Positions 25,169-26,631 of a stretch of DNA of 26,631 bases are shown one piece after another; position 1 is the first letter of the stretch; each line of letters starts with the position of its first letter. The notes beneath the pieces are model-generated. The model did no database searches. It was not told where the DNA came from and was given only the letters and a program-made list of their open reading frames with translations. The DNA is taken from positions 1 to 26,631 of the forward strand of contig JAQBHB010000052.1 of the NCBI GenBank assembly GCA_032128115.1, in the 5' to 3' direction. This DNA is from Deltaproteobacteria bacterium (GTDB lineage: Bacteria > Myxococcota_A > UBA9160 > SMWR01). The position numbers and the translations under genes are program-made.

Positions 25169-26631
25169 TCACATCCTCCGACTTCGCTCGAGTACATCCG
25201 TCAACGAGTGCACCACCTTGTCGCGCGACACGTCGTCGAACCCCAGGATCTGCTGCAGGCCCACGGCCACCTGGGGGATGTACTTCTCGATGTATGCGCG
25301 TTTCTTGGCTTCGTCGGCCTCGCGCTTCTGCTTGCGGATGTGGGCGGCCACCTTGCGCCCGCAATCCTGAAGCCCCAGGCGGATCTCTTTGATGATCTCC
25401 GGGTAGTGGGCGATGGCTTCCTTGCTCTCCGAGGTGAAGGGCACCCAGACGCTTGCGATGTGAACCATCAACAGCATGGGCCCGACGGGCAGGGCTCCCC
25501 GTGGCTGCTGCATGTGATACTTCTTCCAGTCCGTGCCGGTCACTGCCTTGGTGATGGCGCAGCCCCCCTGCTGGTACTGCAGCGGCACCCGGTTGGCATA
25601 CCGATACACGGTGATGGGGTCATCGCCCGATTGGTCGCCACCGTATGCCAGGCCCACCTCGATCAGAAAAGGGTTGCCGCGATAGACGGTGGCGCGCCTC
25701 GTCACCGACGCATAGAAATTTGCTTTGACCTCGGCGCGCAAGGCCCTCTCGATCAGCTCCTCCCCGATCGGGGCGATGCAGTCGGTGGGCGGCGCCATGA
25801 TCTTGGTCTTCTGGATGGCGTGGTGGATACGCTCGGCTTCGTCGCGGCTGATCTCGCCCGGGCGGCGGGTGGGTTGCATCCCTGCCTTGTCGCAGATCTC
25901 GGCGGCCGTGCGAGCCGTCACCCGGCTGAAGTCCGCCGAGAGACACGAGCGCAAGTTGCGCGCCTTGGTGTCGCGGAACATCTGCATGAGCACGCCAAGC
26001 TCCACCCCATAGGGGTGGGGCTTGATCTCGGCCATCTCCGGCGGCACCTCGTTGCTCACGCGCGGGAAGATGTGCTGGTTGCCAAACGCCTCGGCCTTGG
26101 GCGGCTCGTATACGATCTCGGCGTGAGGATTCGCGAGTGAGATCTGTCGGATGTAGGCGTCCACCGAGTGCTGCCCGCCCCGGTAGGCGCCTTCCAGCTC
26201 GATCTCGACGCGCGTACCGTGGTCAGGGCTCCATTCGATCTCTTCGTCCTTCGTGACCCTGGGCTGGTTCGTCTTGGTATCGATGACCAGCTCGAAGTGG
26301 TGGGCGGCCTGCCCCTTCCCGGTGCGCGTGGTGATGATCACGGGCTTGCCGGTCGTGAGAAGCCCATACATCCCGGCGGCACTGATGCCGATGCCCTGCT
26401 GGCCGCGGCTCTGGCGCAGGCGGTGGAACTTGGATCCGTAGAGCAGGCTCCCGAAGATTTTCGGCACCTGGGCCTTCACGATGCCGGGGCCGTTGTCCTC
26501 GATCGAGATGCGGAAGCGCGTTTCGGCCATTTGTTTGATGGCCACGTGCACGTTGGGAAGGATCCCGGCCTCTTCGCAGGCGTCGAGCGAGTTGTCGACG
26601 CCCTCCTTCACGGTGGTCAGGAGCGCCTTCG
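25169..26631 (-). CDS. top6B: DNA topoisomerase VI subunit B (GHKL ATPase), 5' end beyond the window
   Basis: [44 protein letters not shown], an H2TH region, R.ANRVPL and [10 protein letters not shown]. Confidence 0.95.
   Translation of the reverse strand, partial: KALLTTVKEGVDNSLDACEEAGILPNVHVAIKQMAETRFRISIEDNGPGIVKAQVPKIFGSLLYGSKFHRLRQSRGQQGIGISAAGMYGLLTTGKPVIITTRTGKGQAAHHFELVIDTKTNQPRVTKDEEIEWSPDHGTRVEIELEGAYRGGQHSVDAYIRQISLANPHAEIVYEPPKAEAFGNQHIFPRVSNEVPPEMAEIKPHPYGVELGVLMQMFRDTKARNLRSCLSADFSRVTARTAAEICDKAGMQPTRRPGEISRDEAERIHHAIQKTKIMAPPTDCIAPIGEELIERALRAEVKANFYASVTRRATVYRGNPFLIEVGLAYGGDQSGDDPITVYRYANRVPLQYQQGGCAITKAVTGTDWKKYHMQQPRGALPVGPMLLMVHIASVWVPFTSESKEAIAHYPEIIKEIRLGLQDCGRKVAAHIRKQKREADEAKKRAYIEKYIPQVAVGLQQILGFDDVSRDKVVHSLTDVLERSRRM

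Noticed and set aside
24123..26140. 415-aa and 327-aa plus-strand ORFs
   Set aside because: They are antisense shadows of top6A and top6B.

Overview
A GC-rich bacterial chromosomal segment; a Myxococcota/deltaproteobacterial-type host is inferred from gene content, not shown. I found no rRNA, tRNA, CRISPR array or intact transposase. Left to right: (1) an exopolysaccharide locus (1-10456) with a partial Wzx flippase, GT4, polysaccharide deacetylase, GT2, a secreted TSP3-repeat protein, decayed gene fragments, a priming sugar transferase, an ExeA-like AAA ATPase and a split Wzc (tyrosine kinase plus chain-length determinant). (2) An arginine succinyltransferase-type operon astC-astA-astD whose astB slot is filled by a short ArgZ/DDAH-like amidinotransferase-fold protein, with no astE (10539-15324). 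(3) An EEP nuclease/phosphatase, an internally deleted MATE pseudogene, a TPR lipoprotein, a hypothetical protein and fur. (4) An operon preceded by a Fur-box-like operator, encoding a Com-like zinc ribbon, an outer-membrane porin, an FMN-binding protein, a His-containing membrane protein and ApbE, followed by a LysW-like zinc-ribbon mini-protein (18280-22340). (5) A 25-bp perfect inverted-repeat element, rmlC-rmlA, and a DNA topoisomerase VI pair (top6A, partial top6B). The best candidates for uncharacterised biology are the Fur-linked porin/flavinylation module and the variant ast pathway. All calls come from reading motifs by eye; no database search was run.
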